DNA of 64,000 nucleotides from Octopus sinensis (lineage: Eukaryota): positions 25,978,001 through 26,042,000 of the forward strand of contig NC_042999.1 of NCBI RefSeq assembly GCF_006345805.1, written 5' to 3'. The notes under the pieces were generated by a model. It was not told where the DNA came from. It did no database searches and saw only the letters and a program-made list of their open reading frames with translations. The position numbers and the translations under genes were made by a program. Every line of letters begins with the position of its first letter. Position 1 is the stretch's first letter. Positions 50,906-63,590 of the stretch are shown piece by piece.

Positions 50906-52686
50906 TAATTTTATTTTTATAACGTGCTTTCACTTCACTACGTTGGCTATGTTCTGTAGTTTGCAGTGATGCTATTATGGTTACTGTAGAATGTGTGCAG
51001 TGCCCAGTAGTGCAATTTTCTGTATGTTATATATATTTGTGAGTACTGGTGTTTTTGTTATGTATTTGTCTAAATAGTTATTTTTCATATCTAATGCACC
51101 CACTGTGTTTGGAATTATTTGTTTTTAGATTCCACATTCGTGTTACCTCTATTTCCAGGTTTTTGTGTTTTGAAAGTTTCTCCATTTCTTTTAGAGAATT
51201 GTTGTCATCTCCTGGTATTGATACATCAATTAGAAAGCATCTTTTCTTCAGGATCTCTGACAACTATATCTAGCCTATTGGCCTTAATTTATCTGTGTGT
51301 ATTAGCATATTCCATACTATGGTTGCTTTCTCTAGCTGTAACTTATAACTGGGACAGCTAGCGTGTTGATACCTATTATCTTCTTTTAGCATTGAGCTAT
51401 GTTTTCAATATTGATCTTTATTTTTTCTTTCATTTGTGTGTTGTATCGTATCTAGTTCATTGATTCCTAAATATTTGTATGCTTGGATTTGGTCTAATTC
51501 TCTTATTTCATTGGCTATATTTAGTGTGAAGTTGCTACTCTTAGCTAGTTTTTCTCTTTTCAAGGTTGCTTTGGCACATTTTTCTAAGCCAAATTTCATA
51601 TTTATTTCTTTGGTAAATCCATGTACTGTCTGTAGTAGTGTTTCCAGCTGTTTATCATTTGTAGTGTACAGTTTAAGGTCATCCACATATAAGAGGTGGC
51701 TGATTTTTTTGCCGTAACAATTGTATCCGCATCCAGTTCTGTTTAGAATGTCAGATAAAGGTGTCAGTTCCAAATAGAAAAGGAGTCGAGAGAGCGTGTC
51801 TCCCAGGCATACTCCTCTTCTTATGGGAAAGGCATTGGTTTTCACGAGTTCCATTTTTGTTTAGAGCTGAAGCACTGTCTGACATTTATTAATAGAGTAT
51901 TTTATGTATTCTATAATTATTGGTGCTACCTTTTTCATGGCTAGTATTTCGAAGATCCATGCGTAAGGAATACTATCATAAGCCTTTCGTTAGTTGATCC
52001 AGGCGATACTGAGGCTTTTCTTCCTTCTGCGGCTGCTTCATTTATGGCTTTATTGATTATCAGTTGATCTTTACAGCCGTATGAGCCCTTGCAGCATCCA
52101 TTGTGCTCTTCTGGAAACAGGTTGTTTTCTTCCAGATGCTTGCTCAATCTCTGCGATATTATTTCAGTAAAGGCTTTGTAAATTGTAGGGAGACAGGTTA
52201 TTGGTCTGTTGCTTTGTGAGCTTGCCGTTTCAGTGGATTTGGAAATTAAGATAGTTTTCCATTTCGTGAGCCATTCAAGCATTGTCTCTGGCTCTGCTAC
52301 TATGTCGTTAAAGGTTTCAGCCAGTTTTTGTGTTCCTATCAGATATTTGAACCAGAAGTTGGAGATCTCGTGCCCAGGTGCCTTTCAGTTTCTTAGTCTT
52401 TGCAGTGTTATAGGGGTCCAGATTTATTGAGGTGCTGAGTTCGTTGTTTTAATAGTCCTTCTCTGATGTTGTTCCTTCGTCGACCATATTTCTTTCCAGA
52501 ATTTTCCACTTCATTTGCTATTGGCGCTGCATTGATGTCTATTTTACTTTTGTCAACTTCTTGGTAGAATTCTTTGGGGTTGGAGTTGAACTGTTTGTTA
52601 TGTCCAAAGAAACGTTGGCGTTTCTGACACCGGCGGATCCTTTGTCTTTGGCAAAGATATCTTGCTTCAGTTTTTCTTTTAATATT
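50903..52686 (-). mobile_element. 5'-truncated R4/Dong-like retrotransposon (RT plus REL endonuclease), internal deletion at ~51325
   Basis: SNRPITCLPTIYK, GCCKGSYGCKDQLIINKAI, RGVCLGDTLSRLLF, ISHLLYVDDLKLY, YKYLGI, CFLIDVSIPGDDNNSLKEMEKLSKHKNLEIEVTRMWNLKT; 3'UTR matches 39276-39570; (TTA)n left, (CTT)n(TTA)n right. Confidence 0.95.
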
Positions 52687-52710
52687 CTTCTTCTTCTTCT
52701 TCTTCTTCTT

Positions 52711-52776
<66 letters not shown>

Positions 52777-52899
52777 TTTTTTTTTTTTTTATTATTATTA
52801 TATGATGATGATAATGGTGGTAGTGGTGGTAACGATGGTGATAATGATCATGATGATGATCATGACTGCAACCAATTTCTGTTTAATGTCAGCAATTTT

Positions 52900-53090
52900 A
52901 AAGTTGAGTGGGTAAGTAGATAGCATGCACCGCAGTACTTGACTGTTATTTTAGTTTTCTGACATCGAGTGTTTGAAGCATAAGATTGACCTGGATTGGA
53001 TTTGAACTGAAAATGTAAACTACCGGAAAAAATACAGTAGCTCTGTTTTGTCAGATGTTTTAAGCCTTCTGTGAATTTACTGCAAATCAA
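52900..53090 (-). mobile_element. Very old family-A-type SINE
   Basis: cagtacttgactg...attgacctggattggatttgaactgaaaatgtaaa aligns loosely to the reverse family A consensus. Confidence 0.4.
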
Positions 53091-54930
53091 TGAATGAATC
53101 AGTGAAATGAAATATAATTTTTCCAGGAAGGAAATCTGTGTTGTTAAAGAAGAGAAAATACCTGTCAGTAATGGAGAGTTGCTATCAAGTTACGTGAGAA
53201 CGAAGACAACGTTTTAATTGAAACTAGTCGATTAAAAGGTCAATACTTGAGTTGAAAGTAATCACGTGCGTGTCAATCTGTAGAATATTTTTTGTGTAAT
53301 GAAGCGATTTAAGTTGGATGGTACAGTATAAAGGTCAGCCTACTTAAAGCTGGGATGTTCTTTATGGAGATGGAGTACAAAAGTTGTAAGCAGCAGAACA
53401 CGACTGTCTCTGTCTTTAGTCATCGCTATAACTGATCTTTCATGTATTTAGTATTTTCAAACCTTCGTATTGCGTTTGAGAAGAACACTGCATTTGCTTC
53501 AGTGTATCATTGTAATTCTGATCTACTTTAACACACACAAACACAAACACACACACACACAAATACACACACACACGCACACATACACATACACACCCAC
53601 ACACCTGGAGATACACGCACATGCACGAATACGCACACGCACACATATATATGCAGTTGAAGGAACGTGTACATTTGTTCAGAGGCTAATACCGAAAGTT
53701 TCATGTTTTATAAATCTATATTAGACATTCGCACTCATATGCACATCTTCACACGCATGCAACAATATGCATTGCATATTTTGAGATAAACATGCACAAA
53801 TCGCATGCTAGCATATGTGTCAGTTTTATCATCATCGTTATCATTATTATTATTATTATTATTATTATTGTTGTTGTTTTTGTTGCTGTTGTTATTGTTA
53901 TTATTGTTATTATTACTACTTCTCCCTCAAACGCCAGGCGCTTTTCCCCGTCAGGAAGTGTGAACGTTTCTTTCGAAGTGCATTACACGCGTGATAATGT
54001 TAAAATGTCGATATCAAAGTGAAAATGCTGAAATAATTATATGGCTGATGGCTTTTAGCTGATATCATAATCTTGTTATAATATCTCTGCATACTGCCTA
54101 ACATGGTGGACAGGCTGCAGTTATAAAACATCACACAAGGCGATATTGATAGCGTGTGAGTTAGGAATGAGTGTTGTGTAAAAATGTGACGAATGCACAG
54201 AAAAATGGTCTTTAGAAATATCGAGAATTATATAGAGAGACAACATTCAAAAGGACACTTAGTTCCGATGTTGCAAAGAATAGTTAAAAAACTTAGAAAA
54301 CATAAATATAGACATAGCTTGAGGTCATCATATATGTATATATATATAGAAAAACATGGATTTCGTTTCGCAAATGAGACGGGAAAGTGGGAGGGACAGA
54401 GAGAAGACAGGGAGAAATAAAACTATTATACAATAAAATAGAAAGAGCAAAAGATAAGGCAGATCATTAAGACATTCGCATGGGAATGAGATTGTGTGTA
54501 TGTAAGTGTATGTGCGTGTGTGTGTGTGTATGTGCCTATAAGTAATTATTTGGACTTTGGGTATATGTCTAGTAGCATGCCGATTAAAGCACGTAGACAG
54601 TTTCAGCTACATGATGTCGGATATGGTATAATTGTCAGTGGATTTGTGTCAAGAAGTCTGCAGTGTCCGTTGGGCTTATAATGAATGAGGGAAACGGAAA
54701 ATGGATTTATCAAAAATATTTATTCAACATATCGATTGTTTCGATTCATCCTGCATCGATTCATCCTACGGGTGGCACATTGCACGGCTGCTTGTGTTGC
54801 ATCGATCTTTGCAGGTTCCATTTTCGTCAGGTGACACGTTTTAACTAAGATGCTACATTACATACACTGAATTTCGCGAAACTCAGTATATGTAACGTCT
54901 CCCCTCATTCCCTATGTTCATTATATTCCG

Positions 54931-55008
<78 letters not shown>

Positions 55009-55079
55009 ATATATATATATATTATATATATATATATAATATATATATATATATCTATTACCTGTACAGGTGCAAATGG

Positions 55080-55215
55080 GACCCACATGTTACATGTCGA
55101 AATGATCGCAAGGTGAAATGAAGAGCTTTGCTCAATAACATAACACAACTCCCGGTCAGGGAATCGAAAAAAATGATCTCGAAAACACCCTAACCACTAA
55201 GCCATGCGCCTTCAC
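55080..55215 (-). mobile_element. tRNA-derived SINE family D, 5' part
   Basis: Minus strand gtgaaggcgcatggcttagtggttagggtg...ttcgattccctgaccgggagttgtgttatgttattgagcaaagc. Confidence 0.55.
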
Positions 55216-55246
55216 AATACACACACACACACACACACACATACAC

Positions 55247-55277
<31 letters not shown>

Positions 55278-56177
55278 TAAGAAGTATGTCATGTCTGTGT
55301 ACACGTATATATATACATGCCAGTAAACGGACATACGTTCACATACACATACACATGTACACACTCTCACAGACAAATCTGCCCATTCTCCTAGACACTC
55401 ACATACATACGTAGCACATGAATACAAACATACATACATACCTACGTATGGCCATACACACGTACATACGCACGTACATCTACGCACACACATACACGGG
55501 CACATGCACACGAGCGCGTATACATACATACGCACATGTGTACTTATGTACATACACACATACATACACACATACATACATACATACATACATACATACG
55601 CACAATAGTAAAACAATAGTTCTGTGATATAGAGATAAAAATCTGATAATAGATTTTAGGGTATAGTTTTGGGAGTAAGCGTCATAAATCTCTTTCTAGC
55701 TTCGGCCGTAGGAAGTTGAAACTTGATAGCTTTGTGATGAGTGGTCACTCTACATCCATCCATCGCTACAGGTTTATAGCTTTATGTTTTATAGAGTGTA
55801 TGTGCGTGTATATACACACACATACATATATACATACATACATACATACATACATACATACATTCATACACAGGCGTATGTGCGTACATGCATACGTACA
55901 TACGTACACACATGTATGCATACATACACACATACATACGTACATATATATGACGAACTAACTGTTACTTTCTTAGATGCAGCACGGACTTTGTCAGTGA
56001 ACAGGTCGCGGATTTTAGCGACGAAAATATTTCGACAAATTAAACTTAAATGTTGAAGTGAATCGAACGGCTTTTGTGTGTTTCTTAAATGGCTTATAAA
56101 CACCTTCCACGCTGCAATTGTTTTCGTTTCAGGACACGATCTCAGATCAAATTACTTGCTATGCGAGTACATCTCCG

Positions 56178-56248
<71 letters not shown>

Positions 56249-56513
56249 ATATCGACGTGTGTATATATATGTTTGTATGTTTATATGCATTACTGTAACA
56301 CTGTACCGACTGGACTATCAGTTGTTATACATCGCTAGTCACAAAGCATTCCCCATTGTCGAGGTGGACTTGCAGTGGTCTTTTCCGATCTCATGAATAG
56401 CGCTCGACAACTGCATTGGTATGCCTGTCGTATTTGAACACTCTTAGACTTCCAGCTCAGCAGGTCTTGTGCATACAGACACACACACGCATATACAAAC
56501 ATCTCTCTGCCTT

Positions 56514-56560
<47 letters not shown>

Positions 56561-57086
56561 ATCTATCTATCTATCTATCTGTCTATCCATATCTATGATT
56601 ATTTTTGTATTCAACCAGTTTTTTGAGGCGTACAAGCAAGACAAGTAATGGATTAAGTTGAAGACTAAAATGCTCATAAAAAAAAAAAAATGTTCTTTTT
56701 TCTTCTCGTGAAATTGGAAGCTATCACATGTGTAGCCATCTTTTTTCTTTTTTGTGTTCATAGATGAATGACAAAACAGCGACATATAAAACCTTCTAAC
56801 TGCTGCTTAAGAACAAAACATCGATGAAACATTCTTTTCTAATGTAAATTTGAGAAAACCAGCGTCTTGTCAAGTACCGGATTTGTATTAAGATAGAGAA
56901 AACTGTAAAATTTCGATTGAAAGAATGTAGCAAGTTGTCAGGAAAGAATATCACAACGGTGTTGAAGGATAAATAAAGACATCCCTTGGTAGGGAACTTT
57001 TCTATAATGCTGTTCTCATATGCTAAATTAAATACTAATACAGGTACTAATACAGGAAAATGTTTCTTTAAAATAGGCATGCGCAC

Positions 57087-57160
<74 letters not shown>

Positions 57161-57169
57161 GGCCAGTTC

Positions 57170-57362
57170 ACCATTCACCATGATAAATCGTTAGCCGCTA
57201 AACCTTTTTTCTATTTTTTCTCCCTATTTATTTTTGTTTTCTTTTCTGTCGAAGAGCGTAGGCTCGAAATGTGAAAGACTGTCTCAATTCCTGAGCGTTA
57301 AACTAATACATATGTTGTTTACACACCCGTCTTCGTCTTTTTGTTTTTTTGTAATTCTCAAT
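57170..57362 (+). mobile_element. Penelope-like terminal fragment, family P1, with decayed hammerhead-like motif (57241-57278)
   Basis: ctgtcgaagagcgtaggctcgaaatgtgaaagac...ttcctgagcgttaaactaataca...cttcgtcttt then (TA)n; ACGU palindrome mutated to AUGU and triplet to GUG. Confidence 0.7.
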
Positions 57363-57367
57363 ATATG

Positions 57368-57399
<32 letters not shown>

Positions 57400-57544
57400 A
57401 TATATATAACTTTTGGACCATAGGTATATGTCTAGTATTATGCTGATCATAGCTCTTTCACCATTTCACCTGATGTAATCCACAGTTATGGTATACGTAT
57501 CACTGGATCTACGTCAGGAATTTCGCTGTGTTTGTTGAGTATAC

Positions 57545-57660
57545 AATGAATGAGGGGAACGGAGAAAGGAGTTAGCAAGCATCTTTATTTAACACAACGA
57601 TCGTTTCGACCCATCCTCTATCTGTTCCTTACGAGTGGGATATTGTACAACTAGATGTTT
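57545..57660 (-). mobile_element. Possible second-family Penelope-like end relic; diverged homolog at ~54680-54770
   Basis: Minus strand gaggatgggtcgaaacgatcgttgtgttaaataaa...ccgttcccctcattcatt; 54.7 kb copy reads ggatgaatcgaaacaatcgatatgttgaataaa...ccgtttccctcattcatt. Confidence 0.3.
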
Positions 57661-60554
57661 TGCATCAACCAGTGCAGAATGCATCTCGTCGGGTGAATAG
57701 TTTCAGATAAGATAATTCGCTTGGCATGTTGTTGGCTACACTGATAGAAGAGGGAAGCAATTCTCGGATTATAACCGGTAAATGGGTCTGGCTATAGTTC
57801 ACAGTGAATACATGACAGATTAAAGTAATAAAAGATAAACTAAACAATGACAAAGGATACGAATTAAAAGATAAAATGAAGATAAATGTACACTTGCTGA
57901 CATTAGCACATATAGACGCACATACATACACCACACACGCACGAAACTCTTTGAGTGTAGAAAATACTGATTTCACGACGTTAACACCTCCATGCGGATT
58001 TAGAAATGCGTAAATTAGAATCTAAAGAAGCAGAATGTAAAAGCGCACTTTTGATGCAAGTCTGATGAAGTCTAATGTCTAAAACCGCAAACATTCCGTA
58101 AACTTTCACTTCGAATTTTTGCGTAAACTGGTATTGCAAACATGTGTGAGGGTTGAGCGCGCGTGAGTGTGTATGTGTGGTTAGTGCATAGCCTAATGGC
58201 TACGGAGTGTAACTCAAGATCCAATTGTCTTCATTTGGATTTCCGGACGGGCAGTCAGTTGTGTTCTTACGGAAAACACTTCATTTCAGACTGTTGTTTG
58301 GCAGCTTTTCTTTGGCGCACCTCGTACCTGTACAGGCACTGTCGATTTGATTGGATCACATCTTTGCACAAATATGCACCTGTGTGCGTTTGTGTTTGTT
58401 CCGCATCACTGCTTGACAATCATTGTCTGTTTGATTCGGTCGCCGTAACGTAAAGGATCAAGGAAAAAAGGTAAAATAAAAATAAAAATAAAGGAAGGAT
58501 AAAATAAGTACCAGGCTTTAAAAAAGTACTGGGATCGATTTGTTCGACTAAACCATTCAATATCATGCCCCAGTGTAGCTGTGATCTAATGACTGAAACA
58601 AGTAAAATATATATATATACACGTACGTTTGTGTGCGTGTGTTTTCGTAGAAAGGCGTAGAGCACAAAAATAAAGGGCATAATATGTTTTGACTATTAAG
58701 ACCGCCTCAAAAGTCTTGGGAGTCTTTTCTCGTCTTGACCGACTTCGACACTGTATCATTGACCGAAATATATGGAAAATATACGAATAGCTCGCCCGAA
58801 ATATCTGAAAAGTCTTGTTTAAAAGTAACAAAAATTTAGGATCGCTCTTGAAATCAATATAAAAATTACGCTTGCAAATCATTTTAGTTATTTCCAAATA
58901 AATATTCACTTAAACCTGCCTAAGTATACTGATCATTATTCGAAAGCAAATCAAATGGAAATATATTTCCCATGATCCTTAAATGATTGTTAGACATATC
59001 AATCTAGTAAAATGTTAGGTATAACGATACAAAGTATTCATGATATACCGATTCAGGGCTTATACGCGTTTAACAAACATTAGAATTAACTAGACATAGC
59101 ATGATCCAGTTTAACTATATAATTATAGATAAATGCATACACATGCACAAAGACACACACACGCTTGTATGACATGACTTGTCATTGTAGTGCACCACAG
59201 TGTGCCATCTGCATCTATTCCAGAAAATAAGTGTAGGTTAGAGCAGAACTTCCGCCGTTGTGATCGTTTTCAAATATTACAGATTTTGGTATCGCTGAGG
59301 TGAATTTCTTTGCGCACGAATAGAGGCAGTTTTCATTGCGGCCCTTGTATGAGGAGATAAATGAGAATGTCTTTGTTTATGTGGCCTGGCTAAAAAGAGC
59401 AAACGATTAAGGAACATATAAGATGGAAGACAGAGCAATTTGAAGTTGTGTATTGTATAATTTGATTTTTTAGCATCGAATGAAAAGATGTGGAAAATGC
59501 ATGTGTCAATTTGTATACCGGTATTATGAGAAGAAGAGGTAAACTGTGAATGATTTGGCTATGCTGTCTTGATAAGCGTAATGCATTATGTTACCTGTTA
59601 TAGAGAGGAGTGGATTACTGGTGTAATGGAAGTTATGGTTTGTCCAGTGAAGTGGTGGTGGTGGTGGGGGTACAATTTGCATGAAAGTTATTTATGTCCT
59701 TAAGAAGGATTACAAACTGTGTACTGTTTCATGGAACAAAAAGGGGTAAATATTATTTTGGCGAGAAACATTGTTTTAAAAATTATAATTTACCCCCTCC
59801 CCTCTCCGCCGAAATTTCTTAATTTTTAACTGTTTTTCGAATTTTGTTTTTTATGCACGTGGAAAAATACAGAGATTATGAATGAGGGAAATATAATCTG
59901 TTTTTGAAAATTTATTTTTTCTGAAAGAAATACTGAATGCCCCTTCCCTCACATCGGCCACTGATCGGCTACCCGCTTTCGGGCGAAATGCAAATCTCCT
60001 GTTTGGAAAACATAGGAATGTGAGTAAATTGAGGAAAAAATGAGTGTTTGGGTACGCAAACAGGTAAAGGATAAGGTTTCTAAGATAACTTCCTTGTAAG
60101 TTTAAATGGAAGATCAGGTTTTGAAACAGGAATGATAGAATAGGAAAAAAGTAAGTTCCATGGGATTTGAGCTGTAATTTAGCGCACAACAAAAAATAAC
60201 GTAATTCATACAGAACTTTAACTCTGTGTGCGTGTGTGTGTTTGACAAAGGAAGTTATTTTTGCATACCTTTCTTACTTCCAAAAGAAGGAACGGATAGT
60301 GAAATTGTAATATGTTAACAGTAGAAATTGTTTATGAGAAATTGATAGAGAAAGATAATGCCTAAATCTATGCAATCGTGAAACATGGGACGAAAGTGAA
60401 AATGACCTTAAAACTGTATGATGCGACCTCATTTCTCGGCGTCCTCGCCTCTCCTACGTTCTCCCATCTTTGTGTCACTTTCTTTCACCTTCACCGAGAG
60501 AACATGCAGTATCAATTATGTGCTGGCTTTCTTTCACTTTCAACTTTAGAACAT

Positions 60555-60936
60555 GGAAGCACTACGTCGGTTACGACGACGAGGGTTCCGGTTTATCCGA
60601 TCAACGGAGCAGCCTGCTCTTGAAATTAACGTGTAAGTGGCTGAGCACTCCACAGACACGTGTACACTTAACGTAGTTCTCGGGGATATTCAGCGTGACA
60701 CAGAGAGTGACAAGCTGGCCCTTTGAAATACAGGTACAACAGAAACAGGAAGTAAGAGTGAGAGAAAGTTGTGGTGAAAGAGTACAGCAGGGATCACCAC
60801 CATCCCTGCCGGAGCCTGGTGGGGCTTTTAGGTATTTTCGCTCAATAGACACTCACAACGCCCGGTCTGGGAATCGAAACCGCGATCCTACGACCGCGAG
60901 TCCGCTGCCCTAACCGCTGGGCCATTGCGCATCCTA
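60555..60936 (-). mobile_element. SINE family C (tRNA-Arg-like head), full length
   Basis: Head gcgcaatggcccagcggttagggcagcggactcgcggtc...ggtttcgattccc; TSD tagaacat at 60547-60554 and 60937-60944. Confidence 0.95.
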
Positions 60937-61787
60937 TAGAACATACATAGGGTATGAAAGATTAGCCTTGGTCTCGTAACCGCTATCCGACTTTCAACTT
61001 CTCCTGTAGAAGCTGGTTTCTTGCCTCTGTTTCTTGCTCTTGTCTCTCTGTCTCTTTCTCATTCTGCGTATCACTCGGTCATTCCGTAAAAATTATATGT
61101 ATGTATGTATATATGAAATAGACATGTGCTTGTTTTTGTGTGTGTGCGTGCGTGCGAGAAAGAGAGAGAGAGAGAGAGAATGAGAGAGATAGAGTGAGTG
61201 ATTGAAGGTGTGTATCGTAATGGTGGATGTATTTTATGGTTCACATTCATATATGAAATGTGACGTCATCGTCGTCGCCGTTGAATACAAAATGCTTACG
61301 ATAGTTGAACTATGGAAAAGACTATAATTTTAGATTTAGTTGGTGGCGGAAATAGTACTGAATCTTTTGATACCCCATGCGTCAAAATCGGCAATTCAGT
61401 TTTGGAATGCATAAGGAATATACGCACACACATACACATACGAACTCTGTGTGCGTGTATGTAAATGTGTATCATTCAGGTGATGTGCATATATTTCATA
61501 TCTTTCATATGTTTATTTTTACATGTTTTATAACACATATTTGTTAAGCTGTTTTTTAATTAGAGTTGTTTTTTCGTTAAGGTACCTATTTCTTATTGTT
61601 TGTTTACTTCCAAGCAATGATAATATGATTTCTTTTTCATATTTTTTCTTTTCTTGGCACAGCGTTGTCCGCTCGGTTTAGCGTTTGGTTTCGAAACGAT
61701 GAGAAAATCCGATCCGACAACAGAAAATATAATATTTCATGATCCTTTTGAGCGTTCTTTTCTTTCTTTCCTTATCTTAATCCGTTA

Positions 61788-62174
61788 GGAGGCGCAATGG
61801 CCCAATGGTTAGGGCAGCGGACTCGCGGTCGTAAGATCGCGGTTTCGATTCCCAGACCGGGCGTTGTGAGTGTTTATTGAGCGAAAACACCTTAAAGCTC
61901 CACGAGGCTCCGGCAGGGGGTGGTGATCCCTGCTGTACTCTTTCACCACAACTTTCTCTCACTCTTACTTCCTGTTTCTGTTGTACCTGTATTTCAAGGG
62001 GCCGGCCTTGTCACTCTCTGTGTCACGCTGAATATCCCCGAGAACTACGTTAAGGGTACACGTGTCTGTGGAGTGCTCAGTCACTTACACGTTAATTTCA
62101 CGAGCAGGCTGTTCCGTTGATCGGATCAACCGGAACCCCCGTCGTCGTAACCGACGGAGTGCTTCCATCCATCC
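61788..62174 (+). mobile_element. SINE family C, full length, 14-bp TSD
   Basis: TSD atcttaatccgtta at 61774-61787 and 62175-62188; (ccat)n tail; about 94-95% identical by eye to 60555-60936. Confidence 0.95.
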
Positions 62175-62502
62175 ATCTTAATCCGTTATCACTGTTCCAG
62201 CAATCTTCTGGAATTATACCTTAATTTTATTATATTTTTAAAGCAGAATTTTCATCTGAAGGAATTTATTTATTAAGGATGATAAATTTGTAAATGTATA
62301 GTTTACTCTGGGACATTGATGGGACATATATTATATGAAAGTTATGAAAGTATTGTACTACGGATGCATTAATTGGTTTTAAATGTTCTATGTACTTCAA
62401 GGCAGCATAATGTTACCTTGAACGTAAGGAAAGAAAGCGTAGTGCAATCTCGTCACTGAATAAATTACTTCTGTCTCATATGGGCGTTTATAATGTCTCT
62501 AA

Positions 62503-62906
62503 GGATCTTTTCGGTTTGACCGGCAGTTTTTTCTAGCGGTGTCATATGAAATTGTCACCCATAATTATGACCCTAGTATCGATCTACTGCATTTCAATCT
62601 ATTTTAGGGTTAGGGTTAGGGGTGGGGGAAGGGTTTCCTTTTTTCTTCACAAATGTAAATAAACCCAATCTGTTTCTTAAACGAGTGACATATTCATACG
62701 GCACAGAATGTTGTTTACCTCAACAGACGCCAGTGATTAGTTGAAATTGCAGAAATTAAAGAAAAAAACAACAAATATCTTAGAAACTATATCTCAATAA
62801 AGAGAAAAAGATCTTTTATAAACACACTATACCAGTATACGAATTTAAAAATTTTTTAGTTACCTAGAAATTATGTTAAAAACTGCCGTTCAAACCGAAA
62901 AGATCC
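62503..62906. mobile_element. MITE, second copy (opposite orientation to 26292-26706), intact GGATC...GATCC termini, internal (TTAGGG)n-like tract
   Basis: TSD gtctctaa at 62495-62502 and 62907-62914; ttagggttagggttaggggtgggggaaggg at ~62604-62633. Confidence 0.92.
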
Positions 62907-63381
62907 GTCTCTAACTAATTTATGTGATTGATGTTAAAAGTTCTTTACAATCACACTTCACTGTACCATATTACATGATAAACTATTGCAGCTATAAGTG
63001 CTATTTCATATACAAACTATACAAGTCTGAACTAGCTTGTCGTTATTTTGAAGCTAAGAGCTTCTTTAATAAACGCAGAACCATGTATGTCCATAAATCC
63101 ATTGACGAATGTTTACTCATGCATAAACAAACTTATGAGATTATCACTTACGTATCTATTTATTGATTTGTCTACCTACCCGTCTGTTTCTATGTATGGA
63201 AATAGATTGTGTATAATATTGCTGGAACAAATACATAGCAGTAAATATATATATATATATATATAATTTAAAATAGGATAAAATCTTTATAAGAATTTAT
63301 CAAGTTGTCAGCGTGGACAACATCATAAGAGAAAAAAATCCAACAATTTTTTCACTTAAATATATTTATTTATATTATATA

Positions 63382-63590
63382 GGGGGCATTACTATACATA
63401 AATGCCACACGCTAGGAGGGACTCTTAAAGACAAAACTACCAAAATGAATAAACACATACCGAATGCAGCTAAATTCTGTTCTTAAATACTTGCTTCGAG
63501 AGTTGCATTCGGTACGTTTTTATTTATTTTAGTAGATTTGACTTTAAGAGTCCCTCCCATCGTGTGGCATTTATGTGTAATAATGCCCTC
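63382..63590. mobile_element. Foldback MITE (~99-bp arms including AT flanks, 31-nt loop) flanked by TA
   Basis: 63372-63470 is about 88% identical by eye to the reverse complement of 63502-63600 (ggcatta.ta.acataaatgccacacg.t.ggagggactcttaaag...taccgaatgca). Confidence 0.85.

Noticed and set aside
61788-61865. tRNA-Arg-like sequence (also 60860-60936 and 30460-30533)
   Set aside because: It is the head of a TSD-flanked SINE; acceptor stem does not pair and it continues into SINE body, so not a tRNA gene
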